Source of the DNA: Lytechinus pictus
Lineage: Eukaryota
Length of the DNA: 64,000 nt
NCBI RefSeq assembly: GCF_037042905.1
Contig: NC_087250.1
Location: 3,908,001 to 3,972,000, forward strand
Direction of reading: 5' to 3'
The notes under the pieces are model-generated. The model searched no databases and had not been told where the DNA came from. It saw only the letters and a program-made list of their open reading frames with translations. This document shows positions 52,801 through 63,730 of the stretch, piece after piece (position 1 is the first letter of the stretch; each line of letters opens with the position of its first letter). Position numbers and translations under genes: made by a program.

Positions 52801-55800
52801 TGTAATGCCAGAAGAACTGGCCATGATGTGATTACTCTTTTTTTTTTAAAATCTTGCACATCTTTTTGAGTCCAAATTTGGATACCCTTTTGAGCGGTTC
52901 CAAAGTTATGCACTATTTTGTAGTCGTAAATTGGATAAAAAATTGCTCATCATGATGAAAAACCTCCATTTGAGAACACTATACCCCAGTTTTTCTCAAT
53001 CAATTCTCTTCTCCAAGTACGACAAACCCTACTGCCCCAAGCATGCAATGTAAGTATCAAAACACCTGTTTCTTGACCTCGGTCCGAAGATAACACAACA
53101 GCCCGAGCGCGGTCCGTACAGCGAATGCCGCCATTTTTGTCTCGCCTGCATAGCAGAGCGAGACTATAGGCGCCGCTTTTCCGACGGCGGCGGCGTCAAC
53201 ATCAAATCTTAACCTAAGGTTAAGTTTTTGAAATGACATCATAACTTAGAAAGTATATGGACCTAGTTCATGAAACTTGGACATAAGGTTAATCAAGTAT
53301 TACTGAACATTCTGCTTGAGTTTCAGGTCACATGACTAAGGTCAAAGGTCATTTAGGGTCAATGAACTTAGACCATGTTGGGAGAATTATTTTCAAAATC
53401 TTAACCGAAGGTTAAGTTTTTGAAATGACATCATAACTTAGAAAGTATATGGACTTAGTTCATGAAACTTGGGCATAAGGTTAATCAAGTATAAGTGAAC
53501 ATCCTGCTTGAGTTTCAGGTCACATGACCAAGGTCAAAGGTCATTTAGGGTCAATGAACTTTGGTCAAGTTGGGGGTATTTGTTGAATTACTATCATAAC
53601 TTTGAAAATTTATAGATCTAGTTCATGAAACTTAGACATAAGGTTAATCAAGTATTAGTGAACATCTTTCCTGAGTTTCAGGTCACATGGTCAAGGTCAA
53701 AGGTCATTTAGGGTCAATGAACTTTGGCCGTGTTGGGGGTATTTGTTGAATTACCATCCTAACTCTGAAGGTTTATGGATCTAGTTCATAAAACTTGGAC
53801 ATAAGAGTAATCGAGTATCACTGAACATCCTGTACGAGTTTCAGGTCACATGACCATGGTCAAAGGTCATTTAAGGTCAATGAACTTTGGCCGTGTTGGG
53901 GGTATTTGTTGAATTACCATCCTAACTCTGAAGTTTATGGATCTATTTCATAAAACTTGGGATATAAGAGTAATCAAGTATGACTAAACATCCCCTGTGA
54001 GTTTCAGGTCACAAAACCAAGGTCAAAGGTCAGTTAAGGTCAATAAACTTAGGCCATGTTGGGGTAATTGTTGAATTGCCATCATAACTTTGAAAGTTTA
54101 TGGATAGAGTGAATGAAATGTGGACATGGGTGTATTTGACAAGTCTTAAGTCACCGTTCAAATGTCATCTATGGTCAATGAACGTGGTATTATGTCATTA
54201 TATGAATGGTGTTTTTGTGAATGATTATTTTATAGTAGTTTTCAAAGTTAGCACTGCTGCTATATTAAATGCAGGCGAGACTGCCAGAGGCGTTCCACTT
54301 GTTTATTCACTTACTTTCCTTATTTCGAGGTTGATTTTCTTCGTTCGAAATTGAAAATGGACTAACATTGAATTTCTGAATACAATATGCCTTTGAAAAC
54401 GTGATTAAATATCGAATACAATAATTTCATTCCGAAGGTCCTTCTACAGGCAGAGAAGTCTTACGTAATAGCACAGCTGTTGTTTATCATTTCGTCCTTG
54501 GCTTTACTGGCCTGTGGAGGTGAAATTGAGACAACGGGGATTACCTGGCCAAGATGGGTTTATTGGGGCTTGGAAATGTTATTGAGAGTTTCAAATGAAA
54601 AATGGGGTCTAGAACCGCAGTTTGCAATCCGAACTGCGGTGTCCCCCCAAATGGGGTTTTGACGTAATGTCAGTCGTGATTTCATTGACATATTCAAATT
54701 TAGAAATTCACTTCAAATGCGGGGCGTTGTGGTCTAGTGGTTACGAATCTTGTCTTTAAATGAGAGGGACGTGGGTTCGAATCTCAGCCATGGCATATTT
54801 TCCTTCAGCAAGAAATTTATCCACATTGTGCTGCACTCAACCCTGGTGAGGTGAATGGGTACCTGGCAGGATTAATTCCTTGAATGCACCAAGCGCCTTA
54901 AGCAGCTGGAGCTACAGCCTGGGTAATATATAGTGCACCATTGAATAGGAAACTAGATGAATCGGCGCCTCATAAATGCTAAATATTAGTATTGTTATAT
55001 CAAATGTGATGGCATTGAATTTATTTCTGCATTCAAATTAAAAACCAGAGAATACAATGCATAACAAACGACATTTAAAAAAATACACACAAACGACTTT
55101 ACAAAAAGAATTATAACGGAAATTAAGTGGGATCATAGAAAGTTCTTAAAATGCTTTCACAAATGTACATGTATGACGATTGTTTGCCATTGCTGATCAA
55201 GATTGCTCATTGTTTACAACAATACAGGGATGTCGCCGTGGACACTGTAAAGACTGGACTCAAGGGGGCAGCAGGCAATAAAGGGGGCGTGGCAATTCGA
55301 TTTGTCTTCCATGGAACGTCCATGTGCTTCGTATGTGCTCATCTAGCCGCGGGCCAGTCACATATCAAGGATCGGAATGATGATTATGCCGAGATTAGCT
55401 CCAAGATTATGTTTCCTATGGTGAGATTGAGTGTTCCAATAATAAAAGAAAAAAGTTTTGTATGTTACTCAGATTAGAGATTTTGATTGACTCAATGCAA
55501 GATCTTTTGCATTAGGCCTTTTTCATGAAACTTATTGCAATAACAGTTTATGATAACAGTTTTAAGCTACTACAATAGTTTTATTTGATAGGCTGATAGT
55601 GAACTTGTTAGAAAAAAAATGTACATTTGTTATCATAACATACATTTTGAAATGGGACCCAAATTTTTTAAAGCCTTATGATGGTAACCATCAAGGAAAA
55701 ATTGATAATAATTAGCTGCTAACTTTTGTTACTACAAAGGTAGGTACATACCAAAGTCATGTGAGTTTTGTATTTGATGTCTCCCATGCCAAGAATTTTC

Positions 55801-58800
55801 TAAAATGAATTTGAACAGAATTGAATAAAGACCACCCATATCTTTGTATATGTAAGTAAGAATTTTGTGCTGATTTATTCTGTTAAAAAGTGCGTAATTG
55901 TTGAAAAATAAGCAATGCATTCTTGATGTTTTTTTTCCTAGCAATAATAACGTTAGATCTATATATCCAAAGATATGATTGCAATTAAAGGTTAAAGAAT
56001 GTATTTACTGCAAACAATTATTTCATGAGGAAGTCTTTAAAATCAAGATTAATTAACACCCTATTAACATAGATCTAGATCTGGTACATTAACAAATTTA
56101 TCTTTGTGAAATCATGAAATCCTTGATGAAAACTGACAACACTTATGATTACTAATCCCCAAAAGGATATATGAGACAGTGCATTAATATTGCTTGAAAA
56201 AATACCAGACATCTGATGGAATTCTGTTTTTATTTTGTTCATTTCTAAGCAATTACACATTTTCTTTCAGAGCCATTTGGCACAAATTCTTTATTCATAC
56301 ATACAAACTCTTGGTTGGTCCTGTTATTGGATTCTGTGCAAACTCATTTTAAACCTCATTTTAAAGACTGTCTAATTAAATTATTAACCCGTTGCTTACG
56401 GGAACCGGTGGGTTCCCTGTGTTAAACATATGGGATTCAAAGAATCTCGGAGGCAACGGATTAAGAGATCTTGAGTTCAGCTTTAACCCTTGACTTTCTA
56501 TTGCCAGGGCCGTACTCTGGAGAGCCATGACTATGTGTTCTGGTGTGGGGATTTCAACTATCGGATTGACAAGGACAACGATGAAGTCAAAGATCTAGTA
56601 GCCATCCATGACTATGAAGCGCTCAAGGAATGCGATCAACTCTTGATTGAGAAACGTAGTGGAAATGTAAGTATCCCATTCTTCAACATACTTTATGTTA
56701 CCAGCCTGACAAAATTGAATAATAATAAAAATGATAGGCATTTAGAATGTGCTCAACTCTTGATTGAGAAATGCAATGGAAATGTAGTTGTCCCAGTTTT
56801 CTAGATGTGTTATGTTACCAGTCTGATAAAGTTCAGTAATAGTGAAATAAAGGCATTGGGAATGTGATCAACGTTGTCGCCAGAGCAAATGTCATGAATA
56901 TGATTGTATTCTGGGTATTTTGATGGGGGGGGGGGGGCTGAGGGGATTGGCACAGGTTGGGATTTCAAGAGCCAGGCCCTCAATGTCAGCTTTTGAAAAG
57001 ATGACTTCCCTACATCGATTTTCAATCTAGACTTACTTAAAGGGGACACCATTTTTTCTTGATGGAATAACCGGTACTGAATACTTTCTCCTTTTTTTTC
57101 ACTATTTTAGAAAAAAAATTGTGGGCCGGGAGTGGTAGCAGGTCTTTCGTATATGTACTTCCTCCTTTCCCTCTTTCTTCTATCATTTGAAGAAAAGAAA
57201 TTGTGGGTAGGGTTCGGGTAGTGGAAAATCAACAATATATATTATTATTTTTTTTTACAATTATTGATGCTGCGTCACAACATTCCGCTGTGTTTTACGC
57301 TCTTACAGACATTCCAAGGGTTTTCGGAAGGAACGATACGCTTTGCACCGACCTACAAATATGACCTGTTTTCTGATGATTACGATACAAGTGAGAAGAT
57401 GAGGACACCAGCCTGGACGGATCGCATTCTGTGGAGAAGGCACAAACCATTCTACTTCAAACATAGCACAGATAGTAAGACATTAAGACAATTAAATCTG
57501 AAATGGGCATATTAATTTAATTATTCTTATGCCTCCGTCTAGCATAGGTGGTGCCAGAGGCACAGGGGCGGATCCAGGATTTTCCAAAACGGGGGGCAAA
57601 TTTTTCGAAGGAAAACAATTTGACAAGGAAAAAAAAAAAGGTCTTCAACCACAAATTAAACTTGTACCCGAAAAAAATTGACAAGCAAAAAAAAGGTCTT
57701 CAGTTTAAAAAAGGGGGCACACCTCTGTTTTCATGGCATTTTTACATTACAAATTTTTTTGCTTCTCAAAAGGGGGGGGCACCTGCCCCCTGTGCCCCCC
57801 TCGATCCGTGCCTGCAGAGGCATGAAGCTCAACGCACATTATGTGAGGCGATGCGACACATTTTTTTAATTAATTGCATATGGCATTAAAGGTGGAAGTT
57901 TTGAAGTTAATAATGTTAGGAATTATAAAATCATGATGGAACTTTGCGGCAAGCCCTGTGGTCAGAGTAAAGTCCAAATCGGCTTCAAGTCGCAGTCGAT
58001 GATGACATCATTACGATTTTGATTTGAATTTGGTTTTGGTTTTATTCATACATGTACGGGGAGACTCAAACTGGACTGAATTTTGAATTCAGTAGTCCTA
58101 CCACTATTCTGAACACTGAACGCTAAGATTTTATTGGTTGTAATGTTCATATAAAATACTATTGCTATTTCTTTGAAATTTGGATTGCAACGAATTGCAT
58201 AGTATGCGCCGGGCTCTACGCTTTCTGGTTGTCCGTCTGCCCCTTTTTCATTCTCTCAATAACTAAAAGTACTGTTTGACAGAGGAACTTCGAACCTGGT
58301 CCAAGTATGCATATAGAAGTCACGATGATCTGATTAGTTTTGTTCACAGAAGTATTTTGTTCTCACGCTGACTAAGAACCGTTTGAGGGTTCAATATCAA
58401 ACTTTACTCATGTATCCTTATGGGAACGGCAGTGATCTCATTAGATTTTGAGGTCAAAGGTCGAAGGTGAATGTAGAGAATTAATCTAAATTTGGTTTAG
58501 CTTTAAGATTTATTGCCGTCAAAGTTGAATCAACAAAGACATGATGAGACCCTTTCTATTTTGCATGCCTTGGATGGTACGCTTAGATATCAATTGAATT
58601 TACAGGAGATCCCGCTCATGCGTTCACGAGCATGTTCATCACCATCACTCGACGCCATTTTGCGCTTTTTATACGTCTGTCCTACAGGACATATTATGGT
58701 ATAACTTAACCTAGGCTCATATAATCTGGTGTGTATGATACTAGCATAGATCCCAGGAAGCCTATTGATTTTTACGTCAAAAGGTCAAAGGTCAAGGTCA

Positions 58801-61800
58801 CAGTGACATGCTTTCATCTTACCCTTCTGAAGTCCTTGTAAATGCAATAACTTCAGTTTAACTTAACCTAGGCTCATATGATTCGGTGTGTATGATACTA
58901 GCATGTATCCTAGGAATTCTATTGATTTTGAGGTCAAAAGGTCAAAGGTCAACTCGCCACCTTCCACTTTTCTTGCTTGACCAATAAATCCATATTTCGT
59001 TTTACAGGCGGGCGTATTATGTGCTCGCCCCAGTGGCACTCTTTTCAATTCATTATTATTTCTGACCTGTTTTTATCTGGAACTTTGTGGGAAAAAAATA
59101 GCGTACCTGGATTATTTTAAATTTGTGATTTCTTGAAGTGGCTAGAAAATTATTGTGACATCGTTTTCTGAATTTTTTTTTGCATTATGCCCCAACACTT
59201 TACTTCTTGATACATACTCCTCTCTCCACTTCTGTCCCTCTGGCCCATATTCTAAAGTCAGGTTTAACATAGACCACGGTCAAAGTCTGTGCTAAAATTT
59301 TGGGGAGCCAAAAGATCAAAAATCCTGTTTATATTGTATATTTCTTATGTTTACTATTTTGTTTCCTTTTGCTTTCATAATGAAGAAAAATGACTTCAGT
59401 CATCATTCCCAGACAATTATGAAATACTTTGGTCTCATATGAGTTAATACATGTATATAGAATGTGTACTGTTAGGGATTTGTGCTCTAATTTGCTCTCC
59501 ATAGTTAAACCACAACTTGAAACCAGGGTTTGATTTAAACCCGAGTTCAGAATACGGGCCTCTGTCTTTATCTCTCTCTCTCTCTTTGTATTTCTATGTT
59601 TAGATCCATTTGAAGCTTTTCCTGATAACTGGGACCCTGGTCGTGTACTGCACTACGGTCGAGCTGAGCTCAAGACCTCCGATCACAGGTATGGAAACTT
59701 TATCTAAATTTAGAGTTTAAGAATGTAGTTGCAGCAATCCTGGGCCCTGTCTTACAAAGAAGGGCAATCGACCAGATCAACCACAACTATGGAAAGCCAG
59801 CATTGTCAACATCTGCACTCCATGTTGTTATGAAATATATTCTAGATATGATGTAAATCCATACATTCATTGTTTCCTTGACAATTCAGTGTGCTTCTCT
59901 TTGTTTACAAAGGACATTTTGCAAACGTCCTGGAGACAAAATTATGATGTTGAAGGATTTCCATATAGTTGTAGTCGATGGGATCAATCCTAACTCTTTG
60001 TAAGACGAGGCCCTGGTCTATGCAAGGGTTCCTAAGTTAAAACTGAATATCCCATATTTGTATACCAGGCAAGTTTACCTAACATCTTCTCTTAAAAGAT
60101 TAACAATAATTGGGTTCCTGTCCAATTGTGAAGAGGAAACGTCATTTCCAAATAAATTTGCTAGAGAGCTTATTACAAAATGGCTTATTGCAATCATCAA
60201 TGAGGGAAGTGGTGATTTTTTAACTGGTTGCTGAGAATCAGTAACGCTTGTAAGCAAGCAACCAGAGGACTGAACACTTTAAGGTCCTCTCCAAGGGACT
60301 TGGTGTGGAGGATATATGGCTTGAGGGTTCTTACACACTTCTTCTGGCCTTATACATTGTTTCTTTCTAGCGTTCTGTTCATTCATGCAATTTTACCTTG
60401 ATGAGTTCATATTAAAGCTATTTTACAAAAAAGAAGTGAAGCATAGGATTTTCTTCTCAATTAAGATTGGCAGCTTTGTTTGCTACTTCTTCTGTGTACA
60501 GACCCGTGGTGGCCATCATCGAGGTCGAAGTCCAGCTGGTCGATGAGGACACCCGGGAATCAATCTTCCACGATGTCTTCTGCCAGCAGGGTCCTCCAGA
60601 CGCCACTGTCATCCTCTCACTCACTGATCACCATGGAAACCAGGTAGCATTTGCTGAGGATGATATCGATGAGGCGGTGGAGCTGACTGCGTCAGAAGGC
60701 GTGGCTATACTTGTCAGGTGAGAGTGAAATGCAGAAGGCTTGTTGCCACAGTTATTCAATTAACTATTTCTGCCCCTGGTCGCTGCACAGCTCATGAAGA
60801 TTGATGAATTTGCCACACACAGCATGATTAAAGGTAAATGCTAGTTTTGGTAACGATATCAAAATGAGTTCGTACAGAATCCAATGAAATGACCACCAAA
60901 GTGTCTGTTGTATAAATAAAACGCATGTGCCAAAGGATTCTGGAAGAAATTGTGTAATTGCTGAGAAATCATCAAATAAGCACAGGATTCGGGTAGAGCG
61001 TCGGGCCCGACGCTCAAAGCAATAATTATACACAGTCCCACGTGCGCTTATCTGTGTTGTGGAAGTTCAGTCTGAACATTTTCAGCGTAGATTTCAAGAT
61101 TTCACAAAGTTCAGTTTATGTAACTGTACCAGATCTAGATCCTCGATGATATACTGACAATTATGCCTGGTTTTACAGACTTTCTCATGAAATCAGTGTT
61201 TACTGCAACTACTGGAATTTCTCTTTAACATGCAATTTTGACTTCTGTGATTGGTTAATGCCTAGCCCCACTTTTCCTTAGCCTGGTTTCGTTTCACACT
61301 GCATCTCCTAGCACCGCAAAAAGCCAGCTAACCCTGCTTTTTTGCAGGGCCAAATAGTACCGTACTGTTTACCGTGCTAGCCCACTTTGCTAAAACGTAG
61401 TGTGAAAGTGGGCTAATCTAAACCCCGTGAAATTGGTGGGGCTAAGACCCACCAATTTGCCGGCGTCAAGGAAAATATCTGCATTGTGAAAAGCATAATA
61501 TGCTTCTTATATTATAAGAAGCTGTGCTATTTTTGCTTTGACCATACCTTTTCTGTTATGATACTCCTGGAATTTTGTTACTAAGCACAAATGATATTCT
61601 TTTACAGGTTTGTTGGATCTGACATGCTGGTGACCTTCCGGCACGGACACAGTGCTTTATCCGCTCGGGATAACCTCAACAATCATAGCGTGAGTAATAG
61701 ATGAAATGAAAATAAATACAGCCCCGAGTATACATGCTACAGCTTTTCAAGTGACACTCATTTAATTGTGCAAATATAAAAATGAAGGCGTGGTGAAATT

Positions 61801-63057
61801 TGTGTGCAGTTACAGTTGAAGGGATCATTTCACTTTGTGAGCAGCTGATTAAAAAAATTATCAAACTAAGATGAAACATGTGTATGAGTGCCTGTATTTG
61901 TCCTAAAAAATCTGAAACAGAAATATAGGATGAAAAACTCTAATTTAGACATAAGTAGCAATTTATTAGTCTGATTTTGAAAACCGTCTGCAAGATACAT
62001 TTAGCTTATGCCCAGTTTTCTCAAATTCCAAAAGTCTGTTGGCTGTGTTGACTGCCTTCTATGCACACACTATTATTAGCTGCACTGTACATTCAGTGTA
62101 CCTTGTACACACTGTGTATGTAGGTCATGCTGGGTTCATCCAGAGTTTATGTGTTGTAGTGTACAGATTCGCTGTATACACATAGTCATTGAAACCAACC
62201 CCCATTTATTTTAAAACTTTGGTTTACACCTCCAAAGTTATAAAATAGTTCCTGTAAATATAATACTTTTAAACCTTTTGGGATGGTATTTTATACGATA
62301 AGCCTAATGTTTAGCCCATTTCCAAGAACCAAAATTAGATTTTTTTAAAATCAGAACAAAGTGAAATGATCACTTTGATATTATTATCAACCTTTGACCC
62401 TAGATTGGACATAACCTTTTCAAGAGCCAAAATGAGAATGTTTCAAATCAGAACAAAGTGAAATGATCATTTAAATATAATTATCGACCTTTGACCCTAG
62501 ATTGGACATAACCTTTTCAAGAGCCAAAATGAGAATGTTTCAAATCAGAACAAAGTGAAATGATCATTTAAATATTATTATCGACCTTTGACCCTAGATT
62601 GGACATAACCTTTTCAAGAGCCAAAATGAGAATGTTTCAAATCAGAACAAAGTGACATGATCACTTTGATATTATTATCGACCTTTGACCCTAGATTGGA
62701 CATAACCTTTTCAAGAGCCAAAATGAGAATGTTTCAAATCAGAACAAAGTGAAATGATCATTTGAATATTATTATCGACCTTTGACCCTAGATTGGACAT
62801 AACCTTTTCAAGAGCCAAAATGAGAATGTTTCAAATCAGAACAAAGTGAAATGATCATTTAAATATTATTATCGACCTTTGACCCTAGATGGGACATAAG
62901 GTGCTCCATGTGAAGCTGAAGATGGAGGGCTGGTTGGAGCTGCTGGAGAAGGAGCTAGCCATGTGTAGTCCAAACACGGAGAGACTCTTCAACCCTGTAT
63001 CCAGCAGTCTGCTCGGGGAGTCCTTTGATGTGCCGTCAATGAGCTTTGACTTAGAAG
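34719..63057 (+). CDS. SYNJ1: Synaptojanin (SAC1 + inositol polyphosphate 5-phosphatase + RRM-like domain); 20 coding exons, 3025 nt, 3' end beyond the window
   Basis: Spliced translation is collinear with vertebrate synaptojanin-1 as recalled: SAC1 catalytic [12 protein letters not shown], 5-phosphatase motifs [35 protein letters not shown] and TSDHRPV. All introns are GT-AG and phases are consistent. An invertebrate copy may be co-orthologous to SYNJ1 and SYNJ2. Confidence 0.96.
35960..36972. mobile_element. Non-autonomous TIR element in intron 1
   Basis: Ends TACGGACAGTGATTTTCC / GGAAATTCACTGTCCCTA are inverted repeats with 2 mismatches; no TSD confirmed. Confidence 0.55.
37325..37411 (+). 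CDS. SYNJ1: Synaptojanin exon 2
   Basis: [29 protein letters not shown]; flanked by ACAG and GTAAG. Confidence 0.92.
38541..38811 (+). CDS. SYNJ1: Synaptojanin exon 3
   Basis: [29 protein letters not shown]...TDNRFFW. Confidence 0.95.
39085..39462. mobile_element. Foldback (palindromic) MITE in intron 3
   Basis: ATATGACCTCATGAATACATAATTAGCCCCATTGAAGTCAA is mirrored by TTGACTTCAATGGGGCTAATTATGTATTCATGAGGTCATAT around a centre at ~39270. Confidence 0.75.
39525..39800 (-). mobile_element. 3' end of an L2/CR1-group LINE
   Basis: Minus strand reads [36 protein letters not shown], followed by an (ATT)n tail. Confidence 0.7.
39804..39990 (+). mobile_element. tRNA-derived SINE (second family)
   Basis: A box TGGCTCAGTTTG and B box GAGTTCAAGTCC, followed by a non-tRNA body. 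Confidence 0.6.
40099..40324 (+). CDS. SYNJ1: Synaptojanin exon 4
   Basis: NRALHLHL...[32 protein letters not shown]. Confidence 0.95.
40445..40685 (+). mobile_element. 3' terminal fragment of an Ingi/Vingi-like LINE
   Basis: [30 protein letters not shown] resembles a C-terminal Cys/His finger, followed by an (AAG)n tail. Confidence 0.55.
40776..40921 (+). CDS. SYNJ1: Synaptojanin exon 5
   Basis: [48 protein letters not shown]. Confidence 0.95.
41050..41335 (-). mobile_element. tRNA-derived SINE
   Basis: Reverse complement of the 29781 family (GGGTACCCATTCACCTCACCCTGCTTGAGTGCAACAC; TTAACCACTAGACGAC). Confidence 0.85.
41650..41746 (+). CDS. SYNJ1: Synaptojanin exon 6
   Basis: [32 protein letters not shown]. 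Confidence 0.93.
41935..42127. repeat. Low-complexity (CTA/CTT/CCT)n microsatellite upstream of exon 7
   Basis: Trinucleotide runs visible directly. Confidence 0.9.
42167..42333 (+). CDS. SYNJ1: Synaptojanin exon 7
   Basis: [25 protein letters not shown]...[11 protein letters not shown]. Confidence 0.93.
42365..43052. mobile_element. Kolobok-like non-autonomous element
   Basis: Starts TTTAAA|AGGGGAATCCAACC and ends GGCTGAATTCCCATT (imperfect TIR, TTAA-like flank). Confidence 0.45.
43257..44633 (+). mobile_element. 5'-truncated CR1/L2-group LINE in intron 7
   Basis: [22 protein letters not shown] (YADD-like) and [19 protein letters not shown], with stops and frameshifts; AATAAA followed by an (ATGAACTT)n tail. 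Confidence 0.9.
44773..44854 (+). CDS. SYNJ1: Synaptojanin exon 8 (SAC1 CX5R catalytic motif)
   Basis: [27 protein letters not shown]. Confidence 0.95.
45356..45508 (+). CDS. SYNJ1: Synaptojanin exon 9
   Basis: [51 protein letters not shown]; only the first donor (45509) keeps the frame open. Confidence 0.93.
45417..47662 (+). repeat. 119-bp tandem repeat x19: last 92 nt of exon 9 plus a 27-nt spacer beginning with the 5' splice site
   Basis: GTAAGT donors at 45509, 45628 and onward to 47649 (18 intervals; one copy has a 2-bp deletion). Confidence 0.97.
47691..47962. mobile_element. PIF/Harbinger-like MITE, family 1 (further copies at 52348-52592 and 59742-60013)
   Basis: TIRs GGGCCC(T)GTCTT..AAAGAGTTACGATTGATCC / GGATCAATCGTAACTCTT..TAAGACGGGCCC shared by three copies. 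Confidence 0.75.
48534..49091. mobile_element. MITE with ~185-bp TIRs (Kolobok-like end ...CCATCCCT|TTAA)
   Basis: GGGCTGAAAGTATTTATAGCTTAAT...GGTGGGCTGATGATGTCA is mirrored at 48903-49088. Confidence 0.8.
49117..49282 (+). CDS. SYNJ1: Synaptojanin exon 10
   Basis: [34 protein letters not shown]...HLH. Confidence 0.94.
49243..49590 (+). repeat. Diverged ~140-146-bp triplication spanning the exon 10 donor
   Basis: GACAAGGCT..CTCACTCTTA..ATG|GT(G/A)AG, with donors at 49283, 49429 and 49568. Confidence 0.85.
50037..50225 (+). CDS. SYNJ1: Synaptojanin exon 11
   Basis: [10 protein letters not shown]...[41 protein letters not shown]. Confidence 0.92.
50246..50552. mobile_element. PIF/Harbinger-like MITE, family 2 (second copy, inverted, at 59242-59560)
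   Basis: TIRs GGCCCTTATTCTGAAGT / ACTTCAGAATACGGGCC; 3-bp TSDs ATG (this copy) and TCT (59242 copy). Confidence 0.8.
51078..51180 (+). CDS. SYNJ1: Synaptojanin exon 12
   Basis: [33 protein letters not shown]; an alternative in-frame acceptor 9 nt downstream is possible. Confidence 0.88.
51809..51949 (+). CDS. SYNJ1: Synaptojanin exon 13
   Basis: [46 protein letters not shown]. Confidence 0.95.
53134..54303 (+). mobile_element. Helentron/DINE-like non-autonomous element with five internal 162-192-bp tandem units
   Basis: Subterminal inverted repeat GTCTCGCCTGCA (53139) / TGCAGGCGAGAC (54270), T-rich termini, internal units carrying GGTCAAAGGTCA. Confidence 0.7.
54721..54995 (+). mobile_element. 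tRNA-derived SINE
   Basis: A box GTGGTCTAGTGG, B box GGTTCGAATCT, same core as the 29781 copy. Confidence 0.85.
55228..55420 (+). CDS. SYNJ1: Synaptojanin exon 14
   Basis: [25 protein letters not shown]...[21 protein letters not shown]...FPM. Confidence 0.95.
56508..56666 (+). CDS. SYNJ1: Synaptojanin exon 15
   Basis: [21 protein letters not shown]...[12 protein letters not shown]. Confidence 0.95.
56627..56875 (+). repeat. Diverged 117-bp duplication (plus partial third copy) spanning the exon 15 donor
   Basis: GAATG..TCAACTCTTGATTGAGAAA..GGAAAT|GTA with donors at 56667 and 56784; TTATGTTACCAG occurs twice. Confidence 0.85.
57309..57474 (+). CDS. SYNJ1: Synaptojanin exon 16
   Basis: [55 protein letters not shown]. 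Confidence 0.94.
57563..57814. mobile_element. hAT-like MITE
   Basis: 8-bp TSD CAGAGGCA at 57555-57562 and 57815-57822; TIRs CAGGGGCGGATC / GATCCGTGCCTG. Confidence 0.85.
59604..59688 (+). CDS. SYNJ1: Synaptojanin exon 17
   Basis: [27 protein letters not shown]. Confidence 0.93.
60502..60717 (+). CDS. SYNJ1: Synaptojanin exon 18
   Basis: [36 protein letters not shown]...GVAILV. Confidence 0.93.
61608..61689 (+). CDS. SYNJ1: Synaptojanin exon 19 (RRM-like)
   Basis: [27 protein letters not shown]; flanked by TTTACAG and GTGAGT. Confidence 0.88.
62347..62899 (+). repeat. 97-bp tandem repeat x~6 containing the exon 20 acceptor and the first ~11 exon nt
   Basis: CCTTTGACCCTAG ends at 62403, 62500, 62597, 62694, 62791 and 62888. 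Confidence 0.97.
62889..63057 (+). CDS. SYNJ1: Synaptojanin exon 20
   Basis: [56 protein letters not shown]; acceptor CCCTAG, probable donor G|GTAATG. Confidence 0.82.
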
Positions 63058-63103
63058 GTAATGGGATGAAAATGACGAGGAGGAAGGTGGAAGAAGAGAA
63101 GGT

Positions 63104-63725
63104 TGATGATGCTGATGATGTTGATGATGATGCTGAGGATGATGCTGATGATGCTGATGATGATGATGATGATGATGCTGATGATGATGATGATGATGCT
63201 GATGATGATGATGATGATAGGATGGTGATGATGATGATGATGATGATAATGATGATGATGATGCTGATGATGATGATGCTGATGATGATGATGATGATGC
63301 TGATGATGATGATGATGCTGATGATGCTGATGATGATGATGATGATGCTGATGATGATGATGATGATGCTGATGATGATGATGATGATAGGATGGTGATG
63401 ATGATGATGATGATAATGATGATGATGATGCTGATGATGATGATGCTGATGATGATGATGATGATGCTGATGATGATGATGATGCTGATGATGCTGATGA
63501 TGATGATGATGATGATAATGATGATGATGATGCTGATGATGATGATGATGCTGATGATGATGATGCTGATGATGATGATGATGATGCTGATGATGATGAT
63601 GATGCTGATGATGCTGATGATGATGATGATGATGATGATAATGATGATGATGATGCTGATGATGATGATGCTGATGATGATGATGATGCTGATGATGATG
63701 ATGATGATGATTGATGGTGATAATG
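63104..63725. repeat. Long (GAT)n microsatellite with GCT interruptions
   Basis: Directly visible; the GATAGGATGGT interruption recurs 170 bp apart (~63216 and ~63386). Confidence 0.97.
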
Positions 63726-63730
63726 ATATT

